Positions 51,776-64,000 of a DNA stretch of 64,000 nucleotides are shown one piece after another. The translations under genes and the position numbers were made by a program. How positions within the stretch are numbered: the stretch's first letter is position 1; each line of letters starts with the position of its first letter. The DNA is taken from the NCBI RefSeq assembly GCF_009914755.1, contig NC_060942.1; one strand, 5' to 3'. This DNA is from the human T2T-CHM13v2.0 reference genome, Homo sapiens. Below the pieces are notes generated by a model that was not told the DNA's origin, did not search any database, and was given only the letters and a program-made list of their open reading frames with translations.

Positions 51776-54700
51776 TAAGTGGGTAGCAAAATTAAAATTC
51801 AAACCCAGGACTCACTCCAAAACTCTTACTGCTATTCACCAAATTATTTTATTTAATTCTGGAAGGATATGTGAGAGGCAGCCTGTAGAAGGATCTTGAA
51901 TCCAATTAGGAGGTTGGATTTAACTTGGTAGGAAATGGAGAACCAGTGAAATTTTTTTGTGCCGGCCAATGGGCAGGCCCAATTTTATGAGGTGGCACTG
52001 GGACGGCCCTCAGGAATCCTCATGATAGTCTGTCTGTGTTCTGTTGAGACACCAGGTGGCTCGTTCACTGAGGTGGAGAGCCTAGTGTTTGTCTCTGTGG
52101 AAGTCACGATCTTCTGATAAGTCACCATTCCAAGCCTAGGAAATCCTTTAGGTCACCACTGAGGTGAGCAGGTCCGTGATGTTTCTAAAGCGACTCCAAT
52201 TAATCATCCTACTTGTTAGTCAAAGTATTTGCACATTGAATGCCCTTCCCGTTTTGATCACTTTAAGTGAGGTGTTTGGACTAATTGTAGTTCCTAGAAC
52301 AGGGCCTGCTTTCTCATACCTCTGTCACGCTGCTCCACCCTAGTTTCTTAATCTGGAGCCCTCTCCACTCCCCTCATCTGTTTAGCTTTTCCTTACTTAC
52401 TCACCTCAAGCATTGCCACTTCTCAGAAACATTTCTTGTTATCTCTTCCACCACCCCAGCCTGCTGGGGTACTGCTAATAGTCTCTCTTCTATTAGGTTG
52501 ATATATGATTAGGTATGCTGATGATTCTGACTATTGTTATAGCTAGCTCTCCTTTATTCCCTTCAGAAATTACCACACTACTTCCCTGTGCCTGCTAGCC
52601 TGTGAGCCCCTTAAGAATACAGACAATGCATTTCTCTTTCCTGTATCTGTGGTGTTGGAATGTCTAGTATATAGCATGCATTCATTTAATTGTAGAAGTG
52701 AAAAATATAGTCAAGTTCTCTCAAGCACCTAAAAGTAAGTGTCTACAGTTCAACAGTGTCGCCTCTAGATAGCAGCCTTCTGAATGATCTCCAAAAAGCT
52801 TGTGTCAATGTCACCCTTAAGGAGAAGATGCAAGCATATTAACTAACAGGACAATCACATTTCCGGAGAAATCGATCTTTTGCACAAAGAGTACTAAAAT
52901 AAAGTCACGGAAAATAACTTCGCGTGCTTTTTGAAAGAAATTGTGGTATAGATGGATAAACTAAATTCTAAAAATGCTACAGAGAAAGTGAAGCTGGGAA
53001 ATGTAGTTCCACAAAGGCCTTAAAAGTGTGTGATGGTAGAGCAAAATTGACGATTGGTAATTGTCAACCCAGCACAGATACCCAACACAGACAGTTTTTA
53101 AAGCAGTGACAGCAGATTTGCTTTTCCTACAGTTAGCCAAACAGACACATTTGAATGTGAATTTAGTGTCAAGAGTTTGTCACTGAATTTTTTCTAGTAT
53201 ACTTTTCTGTAGCTTGATTTTCTCACATTACCATGAACATCATGCTGTGTCGGCACATATTTATCAACCTCATTCATTCGAAAATCTGCATAATATTCAT
53301 AAATTTGCACCACACTTTTTTAACCATTCTCTTATTACCAGAAAATTAGGTTGATTTCAGTTTTTGCTATTACAAATAATGCTACAATGAATATTTACAT
53401 ATCTAATATAGGCATGATACAGATGTACATATAAGAACAAACACATGGAAGTTGAAATATTTGTATAGGATAGACTCTTTAAAGAGGGAAGCCGTATCAA
53501 AGCATATGGACAAATAATTTTTATTGCATTTTCCCAAATTTTTCTGTCAACAAGAATGTCCATTTACACTTCTGCCAGCTGTTCTTGACAGGGCTTGCTT
53601 AGCCATAGACCTAATAATAATTGATGTTATCAGCTTTTTAATGTTTAATAATCTAATAAAAATTATAATTATTTGATATTACTCATCATTATACAGAATT
53701 TGGCATTCAGTAAATATTAGTTGACAATAAAAGAATAAATTAATCAATCAATATTATAAATTACCATATATACTTAAATACATTTCTAGTCTCTCTTCTA
53801 TTAGATTGATATATTATTGGGTATGCTGATAATTCTGACCATTGTTACAGCTGTAGTATACTGTTTTCAGTGTGTTTACTATCTGACAGGTACAATCCCC
53901 ACCCATTGGCTCTTTTTTTATTATTATTATCTTGGCACTTCTAATACATTCAAGTTAAAAAAATTTTGAAGGATATGTTTAGAATTAATTAAAATTAAAT
54001 TGAATTATACATTAATAACTTTGATATCTTCAAAACTCCAGCATTAATTTGTAACTTTGCCTGTTCCATTATGACATTTACACAGGATAAATGATTTAGA
54101 AGAATGTTAAAACTTCTGGAAATTTGCTGATCATTGACAGAGGCCGTTGATAATAAGATTGCTTTCATTATAGCCTTTAGTTGATTAATAGTTTTTCTTT
54201 TCTTTTGAAGTTATTTCTTATGTATAAATTCGGTAACAAAAAAAATTATATGACAGGCAGCAAAATAGAGCTCTCAATATTAAGAACCAGATGAAAGTTA
54301 TTTATTTTAATCATATTTTCCAAAGCAACATAAAAGCCAAATAAATGAATCCTAAACTTTAAACTTACATGTCACATGGAAAAATCCCACTTGCAGAAAG
54401 CCAACTTAATATCAGTAAATATGAAATAATTTTCAACTTTATCATAAATTTTGAAATATGTGAATGATTGCTGCAATATTTTAAACATAGACTAAATATC
54501 AAATACAGATCATGAAAATTAATTTGCAAAGACAATTTCTTTAAATTCTATTTTAGCTTACTTGAAATAACAGTAGGCTGAAGAAACCCAGTTGATAATG
54601 AGAAGGAATTACTGGCAGCAATTTTGCCAATGCTTTTATGGATTAAGAAAGCAAATAAATAAAAAAGATTGTGAGATGTCTTATCATTTTTGAAAATAAT

Positions 54701-55064
54701 AAGGTAAAAATCAATAAAACTATTCAAACAATTATATACATTATTTTATATAAATTATATACATCCATTTATATATTTATATATAAATTTTCATAAATAA
54801 AATTATATAAATCCATTTTACAGATAACTATGTGTATTGTCTGGTTACTGAAGTGTTGGCATGCAGGTAGCATGTGCTAGCACAAAGTGTTTGTTCACTA
54901 GCTGAACTGTGCATAAGAAAGGTAGTGTCAGGGTGCCAATATATAAAGTAGATAAAGTGAGTTAAATGAAAGGGGAACAAATGAAAATTGAAGACTACCT
55001 GTATTTACTGTTGTTGGCATAAAAGATTGACCCTAAGCATCAAGAAAACTTTTCTTAAAAAGCG

Positions 55065-55820
55065 GACCACAAAATATAAATTAAAACCACAATAAGACAG
55101 CATCTCACTCCAGTCAGAATGGCTTTTGTTAAAAAGTCAAAAAATAGCAGATGTTGGGAAGGCTGCATAGAAAAGTGGACACTGATACACTGTTTGTGGG
55201 AATGTAAATTCCTCCAGCTACTGTGGAGAGTAGTTAGGAGATTTGTCAAAAAACTAAGAATTGAACTACCATTCCACCCAGCAATCCCATTACTGAGTAT
55301 ATACCCAAAGGAAAATAAATTGCTCTACCAAAAGGACACATGCACCCATATATTCATCATAGCACTATTCACAATAGCAAAAACATGGAATCAACCCATG
55401 TGCCCATCAGTGATGGACTGGATAAAGGGAATGTGGTACATATACACCATGGAATACTATGCAGCCATAAAAAGGAAGAAAATAATGTCCTTTGCAGCAA
55501 GGTGGATGCAGCTGGAGTGATTACCCTAAGGGAACTAATGCAAAAACAGAAATCCAAGTACCGCATGTTCTCAGTTATAAGTGGGAGCTAAACATTGGGT
55601 TCCCATGGACATAAAGATGGGAAAAATAGACATAGGGCTTACTAGAGTGGAGGTGGGTGTGGGACAAGGACTGAAAAACTACCTATCTGGTACTGTGCTC
55701 ACTACCTGGGTGACAGTCATATCCTAAACCTCAGCATCACGTAATATACCTTTGTAACAAACCTGCACATGTACTCCCTGATTCTAAAATACAACTTTTA
55801 AAAAAATGAAAAAAAAAAGA
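55065..55820 (+). mobile_element. L1PB-like 3' end; the 55119-55520 ORF is a relic of the L1 ORF2 C-terminus
   Basis: Translation CWECK...LPFHPAIPLLSIYPKE...ALFTIAKTWNQP...MWYIYTMEYYAAIK matches L1 ORF2p C-terminal motifs. Confidence 0.92.
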
Positions 55821-56319
55821 GAGAGGGAAACAAAAAAGGACCATACTTTCGTTAGAAATTCACAGAGCTAAGGTTTTCTGAGACTGATAAGATTACCGAG
55901 TTAAAAGTAAGAGAGAGGCTGAATGTGTGTTTGATAGGGAGGCAGCAAGTTTGTGTGGTGAGTGATGGTGAGGTGTTGGCACAAAAGTCACCATGCATGC
56001 ATGTGATCAGAATAAATATTGATTGACTAGGAAGTCTTGTTAAATACACATTATGTATTTAACAAGGAGGCACTGACTGGGTGATGACTTTGATATCAGT
56101 GTGGCATGAGCCACCATATGTAGAGAACATGAAACTAGATAGGAATTATTAAAAAAAAAAAAAAAGAGTAAAAAACAAGTATTTACTAGTATGTGTCTAG
56201 CACTAGGCTAATTGTTTCTCAAAATTTTTCTTATTTAATGCATCTTATGATCTTTCTTTTATAGTTGAAGAAAATTGAAAAGAAAAACTATAAGGAAATC
56301 ACCGTGAACCAATTCCAGT

Positions 56320-56960
56320 GCTCATTCATTTATTCATTAAATGTTTTTTGAGCATTTTCATTATTTGCATATGAGCTAAGGGCTAGGTATAGAAACGTGA
56401 ATTAGGGTCCTTACCATCAAGGACCTCAGTCAGATTCAGGAAGAAGTAAAGGGTTGAAATACAGTATGAGATACAGTTATACAAGGGGGTATGAATGAGT
56501 GTTAAGGGAGAAGAGAAGAGGGGCCTAGCATTAATGAGCTGGGAAAGGCTTCCCATAAGAAATGAACTTTGAGCCAAGCCTGGAAGGAACCACAGGAAAC
56601 AGCCAGATGAAGAAATGAGAAGAGCATTCCAGGCCAATAGGATGGAATTGGAGACAAGGAGAGAAACAGGGAAGATGGAGAAAGACTGGCTCCTCTGACA
56701 GCTGGAAGCAGCTGGTAACGCTGAAGAATAAAGGCAGATCATCACAAGACAGGAAGGAGTCAGAAACCTGGAAATCAATGACATGTTAAGGAATTTCCAT
56801 TTTAATCTGAAAGTTAAATCTGAAAGAGAACCATTGAATATGCCTAAAGGAGAACAGTGAATTTGAAATCGCTCGTGAAGTTTGCCTTGGCATGCATAGG
56901 AGGAGAATGAAGCAGTTGATGAGAAGACCAGCAAGGAGTTGTTTCAATGAACCAAGGCAG
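56320..56960 (-). mobile_element. L2 fragment
   Basis: tcattcatttattcattaaatgttttttgagca..., gagcattccaggc, ggaatttccattttaatctgaaag...ccattgaa. Confidence 0.6.
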
Positions 56961-57098
56961 TGAAGAAATAACATGCGTTCCATCTACACATCTTAACCCT
57001 TGGGATAACTGAATAATTAGCTGCCCACATCACAAAATCGTAGTATAATTGTGCATTTCACATCATCAGCAAATGGTGGTAACGAGTGATGCCGGCTA

Positions 57099-57117
57099 TA
57101 TCCCAAAGGTGGCGCTG
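57099..57117 (+). promoter_or_regulatory. Candidate CTCF site
   Basis: tatcccaaaggtggcgctg resembles the CTCF core (CCxxxAGGTGGCGCT) with several retained CpGs nearby. Confidence 0.4.
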
Positions 57118-60100
57118 TAACCTAAAAGCACGGAGCCCAGGAAATGCCCTGCAAACTCTAAGGGTCTCTCTGTAGGACTATGTGCTGAAGGAGCTGACTC
57201 AGACATAGTCCTCCACCTCAAGAAAAATATGCCTTCTACATTTATAAGGAATAGAAATAAAATGAAAAGAAAAACTCAGTGTTAAGATGTCAAGGTTTTT
57301 TTTTTTTTTTTTGCTCTTAGTGCAGGATGATTATTTTCCCAGTATAAAATTAACATGTGCTCATTGTAGAAAATTTAGAAAATGTAAAAATATAAAAGAA
57401 AATGAAAATAATTTCCCATTACCCAGAGACAACAACTAACACCATGATAATTCTCCTCGACTAATGCTAACACAGCTCTACCCTTCAACTGATAGGTAAG
57501 GCCTAGAAACCCAAATCTGTGACTGAAATTTAGTCTTTCTCTAATACCCATATTCATTGCATACATTATTTTTTTAGTTGAGATTATCCTATATAAAAGC
57601 CTGTACCTGCATTTTACGCTTAATATTCTTCATAAAATAATTAAAGAGATATTTCATCCCATGAAATGACACTGAGGTTTCCTCTACTCCTTTAATATTA
57701 TAAGTGATTGTGTGATTAATATCTTTGTGCATAGAGCTTAACATGCACTTTACATTATTTCCATTAGAATTGAAGTTTTGGGGTCAATGACTATGCACAT
57801 GTTTTAAAATCTGTATATTACAACACACTGTTAACAAGACAGTCCTTGATGTTAGTGAAGACACCTTATACACCAAAGTACAATAATCATAGCTATAAAT
57901 TTTTTTATATCTCTGGAGTTCTAGTTTTCCTCCCAGTTCTGAGTCTGTGAGTCCAATAGATATCATTATGAAACTTACATTTGTTTATAAGGATGCCAGC
58001 ATTATAAAGGCATATTTAAATAGATAACCTCTGCTATCAGGGGTTAGGTTGTGCCAGTTGTTTTTGATGGCCATAAAACTTACTTGGTTTTTGGACTGAA
58101 GACAATATAGGCTTTGCTATCTACAATGTGTCCAGCCCCTATCTATATATAGTATAGTCCTAGAACCAAAGTTATAGGACATAATTTTCTAAGAAAGAAC
58201 CATATTACATCTAACAATTTGAACACTGAAGAACTCTCTCCTCCAAGAAAATAGGCATGAGAAGGCCTGAACCACAATGCCACAACAGAATCTCCCAGGT
58301 ATTACCTGTGGGCTGATTGATAGAACTCGGAAGACAGCTATCAATAAGTATCCTTAGATTTAAATACACGTTTTAGAGGAAAAAAATATTCCCAGCTTAG
58401 TCCTTCAGTGCAAATGAGAACAAGAAAAAAAGAAAAATATATATATTCCCAGCAAAGAGGACATGATCTGACATGATAATGGTGGATCTTATCCTGAGAT
58501 GGCACTTATTACTTATCTTCATTCCTAATTTCAAACAACTGAAGATTTTTACACTGTCCAGAATACATTACACTATGACTAATCTTTCACAATTTGTGGA
58601 TTTCATGTACTAGCCTGCTCCTTGTTATTTTCTATTTCCATAGTTTCTATTTCCACCCCTCTCTTTGCCTCCCTTAATTTAGGGAATGTATATGCTCTGC
58701 CTCACCTGCACTGTGATGTTGGCAAGAAAGAAGGTACTGTGACAACTGACATTTTAACTCAGATAAAATGTCTTGTTTTATCCCTTGGACAGGATGGAAG
58801 ACCTGGACATGTGAGGGAACATTCCGTTTATATAGTAATCACTTTCATAACAGTTACAAGCTGGATGCAAACTCCCCCAAACAAATGTCGCAAGCTAATA
58901 AGAGTCACTAACTTTTTCTGATGGCTGTTATCTATTCATACAGCAGCATAATCTTCACAGCATGATTAGAATCCTTTACCAAAGACTCAGAATGCCTCCA
59001 CCAACTACTGAAATCTAGTAGTACTTGAGGACCAAGCCACAGAGCAAGCGCTAAAAAAAAAGTTAACTAGAACCTTACCACTTTTTCACGCACCCCAATT
59101 TCATAAAATGTATCAGTAAAAAAAAACAATTATCTAAAGAAAAAAAAAGTAAAGAAAAATTATTTATCACATAGGTAACTTGGTGTCAACTAGGTAACTG
59201 ATCTATTTTAATTTAGGAAGTTAGTGTCTTCCTTCCTCAATTTTCAGATTTTCTGAGGGGAGGCTCAAAAGGCTCGAGAGGCTCTCTACAAGGAGAAAGC
59301 AAGCCAGAGAATCTGAAAAAGTGAGCAATTCGCTAGCAGAATAAGACAGAACAGTACACCTACCCTCTATTAACTCCAGCCTCTCCCAGTCTCTCTCCAA
59401 GGCATCAGCTCTTTTCTGCCCTGCATCACAGGCTACCTCCAAAAACAAAGTCCAGAGCATCAGTACGGCACTGGGCTTCCCCGATTCCTCCCTCCACACT
59501 CTTCTCTCCCCTAAAGGGCAAAAGGAGGGGATAAAGAGAAAAGACCACAGATAATCTCACTGGCTTGGGAATTATGGTTTCCGTGGAATAAAAAGGAGTG
59601 TTCTTTCTCTGAAGATGAGGGTGTGTTCATTTCACTGCATGTTTTGGCAAAGTACTTGTCAAGCATCCTTAGCTAAGACAGAAAAGCATGTAGCTTAACA
59701 AGAAAAAAGGCTGAGAAATGAAATCTGAAGTTGAAACCACTAAGCTCCATGACAGGCAGACAGATTAGCAGTGACTACTTGAAAGAGAAAACATCCATCA
59801 ATTTGCCAACAAGAAAATCTGGTCAAAATAAGGAAATGCTTTCTCGTGAGTCCTGAAATTTGAAACAATTGGTGACTCTAAGGGTTGGGTGCGTGATTAA
59901 TAGCAACCATACCTCCTGAATTTTCAGGGCAGGTTCATAATTATTATCACCACCCCTCTCAGGCTTAACTTAAAATCATCTACCTGTTGTCCTCTTATGT
60001 ATACATTCTTGTTACATTAAATTGAGTTTTAGAAAATACAATCACCGTAATGGGCATTCATTAAATATTTGTCAATTTTGCATAACCAATCAGTCATGTA

Positions 60101-60554
60101 TAATCCTTCACAGCATGAATCGAATTAGTTCCTTTCTTTCTATGCCTGTTGGCACACCCTGATCCAAAATTATACCATTATCTCATCTATCTCTATGTCT
60201 CTAGGTCAGACTGTGCTCAGTACATGTTAGGCACTAATACATGCCTATAAAATGAATATTTGTTGAGTTATCCTTCTTCAGTCACTTCTTAACACTTTTA
60301 CCAAAATCATCTCTTCTATTAGCTGTAGATTATGGGAAAAAATCTATCTTTTAAAAAAAGAAATTATAAAGAGATATGTTTTTAACCTTTCAGGGGTAAA
60401 ATATTAGATGCTTCAGCTTCTTGCAAACAAGGCTTGCAGCTTTGCATGACTGGATTGAGAATTCTATTCATATTTGGGTCCAATTCTTGCATAAGACACA
60501 TAAAATCTGTTCTCATTTCTTTTCTTATTTATAAAATTAAAGAATTTGACCAAA

Positions 60555-60812
60555 TCTGTGTTTTTCAAACTGTTAGTCACACCTCCAATGATGGGTCATA
60601 AAGTCAATTTAGTATGCCTATCTAGACATTTTTAATGAAATTAAATAAAATATTTAAAAATCAGAATACATCACACAAAGTAAGAGTAAGTATTGCCTTA
60701 AAAAATTTGTTTCGTTTCTGTACATGTGTCTGTGTATGTGTGTGTGTACTGGTTGGTGGCATAACTATGTTTTTGACCATGAGTTGTGGTTAAAAGAAAT
60801 TTGAAAGCCACT
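60555..60812. mobile_element. hAT-Charlie-type MITE (family not assigned)
   Basis: Termini tgtgtttttcaaactg ... atttgaaagccact form imperfect TIRs; internal gggtcataaagtcaatttagt. Confidence 0.5.
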
Positions 60813-62604
60813 AGACTAGTTCATTTTAAGTTTCCTCAGGCTCTCAAATGCTTGAATTCTATGAGTAAGTTGAGAGAGATATAGGAAGGGTTTTAGTGCT
60901 AGGAAGAGGGAAACTAGAGCAATAGACACAAGGCAGTATCCCCTGGAGCAGAAAAAATGCTGTGCATGTGAGAGATACCATCAGTACACTCCATATTATT
61001 CACATCACAGGAAGATAAGCACTGGGTAGGTCCTTTCTACAGAACACCTCTTCCGGAAAAGCACTGGGAAAATAAGAAAGTCATTAAATCCCTAGATTGC
61101 AAGAGAAGAATTTGTAAAAATGAGTACTCAATGATCCTCACCTACTCTAGGCCCATTGTAATCGTTACTAAGGAGAGGCAGTTTATCTACATAGAAAGAA
61201 GGCTGTGGTTGTAGGTGCATTATATTTCTTCATTCATTTAAATGAAGCCTAGAAAACCCCACTTTTGACTGTCTTTGCTTTGATCTTCAACTTTTGAAAT
61301 ATAAAACTAGACCGCATCTTGTAGATGTTGATACATGTGCCCCTTATCTACTAGCACTTTGTCCTCAACACTGGCAGGCCATGCAAGGGTAGACCAGTCC
61401 CTTATCCCTCTGGACTTCATGGTCATCACCTTCAAAAAGTGAGTTTCTTGGGCAACATAATCTCTGGGTGTTAAATTGCCCAGTTGTCACCTATTCCTAT
61501 TTAGCAAGATAATCCCTGTTGGATAAAATATCTTTCCTAAATGAGAGGGACCTGAGGATTCCAGGCATTTTGTTCAAGAAGAAATCAGTCCTAAAGGATC
61601 CTCTTTGTGAGTAAAGCCACAGGTATGCAATACCCAGAATGTTTTGTAGTCAATTGAGAAAACTGGACAAAGCCCCTTGGACAGCAATGAACAATTGTTC
61701 CCTGAGGGACAACTTTTCTAAAAGGAACTCCAGAATTCTTTGGGATTTTGTGTTAACCTCACCTCTTTCCCTGTGCTGCCCTTCTTGATGGGCTGAAAGA
61801 GAAGGGGATGCTCACATCTTTGTCAGGACATCCATCCCCCTGATCGATGGATGATGATAGATGATAGATGGATCAGGGGGATGATAGATGGATCAGGCGG
61901 TGGTCACGCTTCCCCCCAACACACAGTAGTTTGCTTTTCTTCAAGCTCGTGCACAGCGGATTTCAATTAAATCTAAATGAACATCAAGCAATTTAATTAG
62001 CTGATTTTTTAAGAGTGAGAAAAAGTTATTTGGAGACATTTACATTTTTAAGAGAAAATACAAAACACAAAATTTTCCTCTGATAAAAAGATTGATATAA
62101 GCTTCAGATCCTCATTCTGCCCAGAGGTAATGAGAAAGAGTGAAAAGGCAAAGGAGGAAGGTAATGGAAAAAACACAGAAAGAGAAGAATAGATAGGCAG
62201 AGAGGGAAAAAAATGAAACAGCAGGAAGGAAAAATGAGGGAACAAGAGACAGTAGAAAGCCGGGAAAGAGTAGGCTGGGTCCAGAAAGACAGGAAGAAGG
62301 GCACACCCTGAAAGGTGATTAGAAGCCAGCCCCTCCCACCCAGCCCAAGGCAGAGCAGAGGGAGAGTCCGCCTTCTAGAATACAGTCATTTCCTGGTTTG
62401 GAGTTGGATGCACTAAATAGCTGCCTCTTCTGATTCCTTAAGTTTCAGACACTGAAACTTGCCCATATACTACTGTCTGAATTGATGTCACTGACCCTGA
62501 TCTTAAATTTCCTCCCAGGACCCCCCAACTCTATTCTTCTATGTAACCCTCAGAGGATTGATATCTAGCTCATATTTTGCTCAGGCTTTTAATCCACTGA
62601 GTTC

Positions 62605-63125
62605 ACTTCAACTCAACAAATATTTATGCATTATCTGCTATGAACAGACTAGGCACTGGGGGTACAAAGAGAATCCCACCCTTGGGGGAATCATAGGCTA
62701 ACAAGAGAGATTAACTTTTAAGCAAACATTTCCGTATAACCTTCAAGAAAACTACCCAGGTGCTGTGGGCATGCAGACACAGAGCACAGGCTAGTATGCG
62801 AGCTCAGAGCTGGGTACCTGGAGAAGACGGATCCTGAGCTTAGTGCTAGGGAAGCAGCTAGGAAAGGGGTGGGGGAGTCCTGTTCCAGCGGTGGTGGGGG
62901 GACAACCACCAGCAGTCTGGTATGTCACACACATAAAGAACATAAAGTCATGCCAGGGAAGGACAGGAAATTAGACTGAAAATGTCATTGACCAAGCATT
63001 GGAAAACCACGTGTCACTCAAAATAGCTGGAAGTTTATCTTACAGTATTTGGGAAGACATTGAAAAAACTTAGGTAAGGGAAATACATGCTCAGGTTTGC
63101 ATTCCAGATGTGTATTTTTAGTGCC
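62605..63125 (-). mobile_element. L2 fragment
   Basis: ttcaactcaacaaatatttatgcattatctgctatg...taggcactggggg; ggaagtttatctt...gggaagacattga...acatgctcaggtttgcatt. Confidence 0.6.
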
Positions 63126-63192
63126 TGTTTGGTGCTGGCACTGAAAAGACACATCTGAAATGCAAACCTGAACATATGTTTCCCTTACTTAA
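63070..63192. repeat. Long imperfect inverted repeat (56-bp arms, 11-nt loop)
   Basis: 63070-63125 versus reverse complement of 63137-63192: 49/56 identical. Confidence 0.9.
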
Positions 63193-63568
63193 ATTTCCCT
63201 TACTTAAACTTACTCTCATTATTTGTGGAGAGTAAGTTTAGATGAAAGGAGGAAATTGGGCTGGTCCAGCTTTCAGTTCTTTATTTCTCAGCCCGTCTAG
63301 ACCTGTAACAGTCTGGACCTATTGGGTACCACTGAAGGCAGCTGCACAGATAAGCTGCTTTGTCTTTGGACCCTGAAGGGTATTACCAATGAGCTAGTTT
63401 AATATCTTTAATATTTGGTGTATTTTTGCAACTGTTGAAATATTTTGGAACTTGTTTCACAGGTTAAATAGACCATCACTTCAGATCTCTAGAATCTCCC
63501 TTGGGGTCTTCACTCCCATTTTAACCTGAAGTAATTAGCAGCATTCAGACAAAAAAAAAAAAAAAAAA

Positions 63569-63705
63569 GGCCAGGTATGGTAGCTCATGCCTGAAATCCC
63601 AGCACTTTAAGAGGCCAAGGCAGGAGGAAAGCTTGAGCCAAGGAGTTTGAGATTAGCCTGGGCAACATAGCAAGACCCCATCCAACCTTATTTCAAAAAA
63701 AAAAA
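63569..63705 (+). mobile_element. FLAM / Alu left monomer preceded by a poly(A) run
   Basis: ggccaggtatggtagctcatgcctgaaatcccagc...gcaagaccccatc followed by an A tail. Confidence 0.85.
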
Positions 63706-64000
63706 GGAACAAGTGGGTTAATCATATGTTATGATGCCTTCTGATAACATGCAATATGAAGTATTTAGGATGCATTCTGGACAAAAATATTTAATTAGAA
63801 TTTGACAAATCTTTAAATATAAGAGTAAAACACAAGGGATTAGAAATCCGAGGATAGAGGAACAAGTTAAACAACATCTCAAGACCAATGCAAAAGTGGA
63901 ACCTTTTGTTGGATAACTGCTTCAGTTTTTTTCAACAAGTTGATATTAAAAACAATAATTAAATAAAAGGACACTGCTAAAGTAAAAGAAATTTGAGGAA

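Noticed and set aside
55119-55520. 133-aa ORF with L1 ORF2p similarity as an active or domesticated gene
   Set aside because: Only the extreme C-terminus of a 5'-truncated old L1, with no promoter, endonuclease or RT domain

Overview
This is primate (human-like) genomic DNA, AT-rich, with Alu, L1, MIR, L2 and MaLR repeats. It holds the complete desmoglein-4 gene (DSG4) on the + strand. I traced 16 coding exons from ATG 9443 to TAA 46124, all with GT-AG junctions; they total 3123 nt (1040 aa + stop). The protein has a signal peptide, an RRQKR|EWIKF propeptide cleavage site, cadherin repeats with the RAL adhesion motif, a TM segment, an ICS domain and RUD repeats. A second in-frame route skips exon 14 and uses an acceptor 121 nt upstream of exon 15, giving 1059 aa. 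Most ORF-track entries are spurious (Alu/L1/AT-rich). I see no demonstrably new biological system. The best leads are: (i) coupled splicing of exons 14/15, with an open alternative frame that would escape NMD; (ii) inverted Alus around the 297-nt TM exon 12, whose circle would have a stop-free ORF; (iii) a 56-bp-arm hairpin in L2-like sequence; (iv) a 32-bp perfect inverted-repeat knot in intron 1; (v) several short local duplications, including a copied exon-6 acceptor region; (vi) a Y1 RNA retrocopy. Repeat subfamily names and boundaries were assigned by eye and are approximate.
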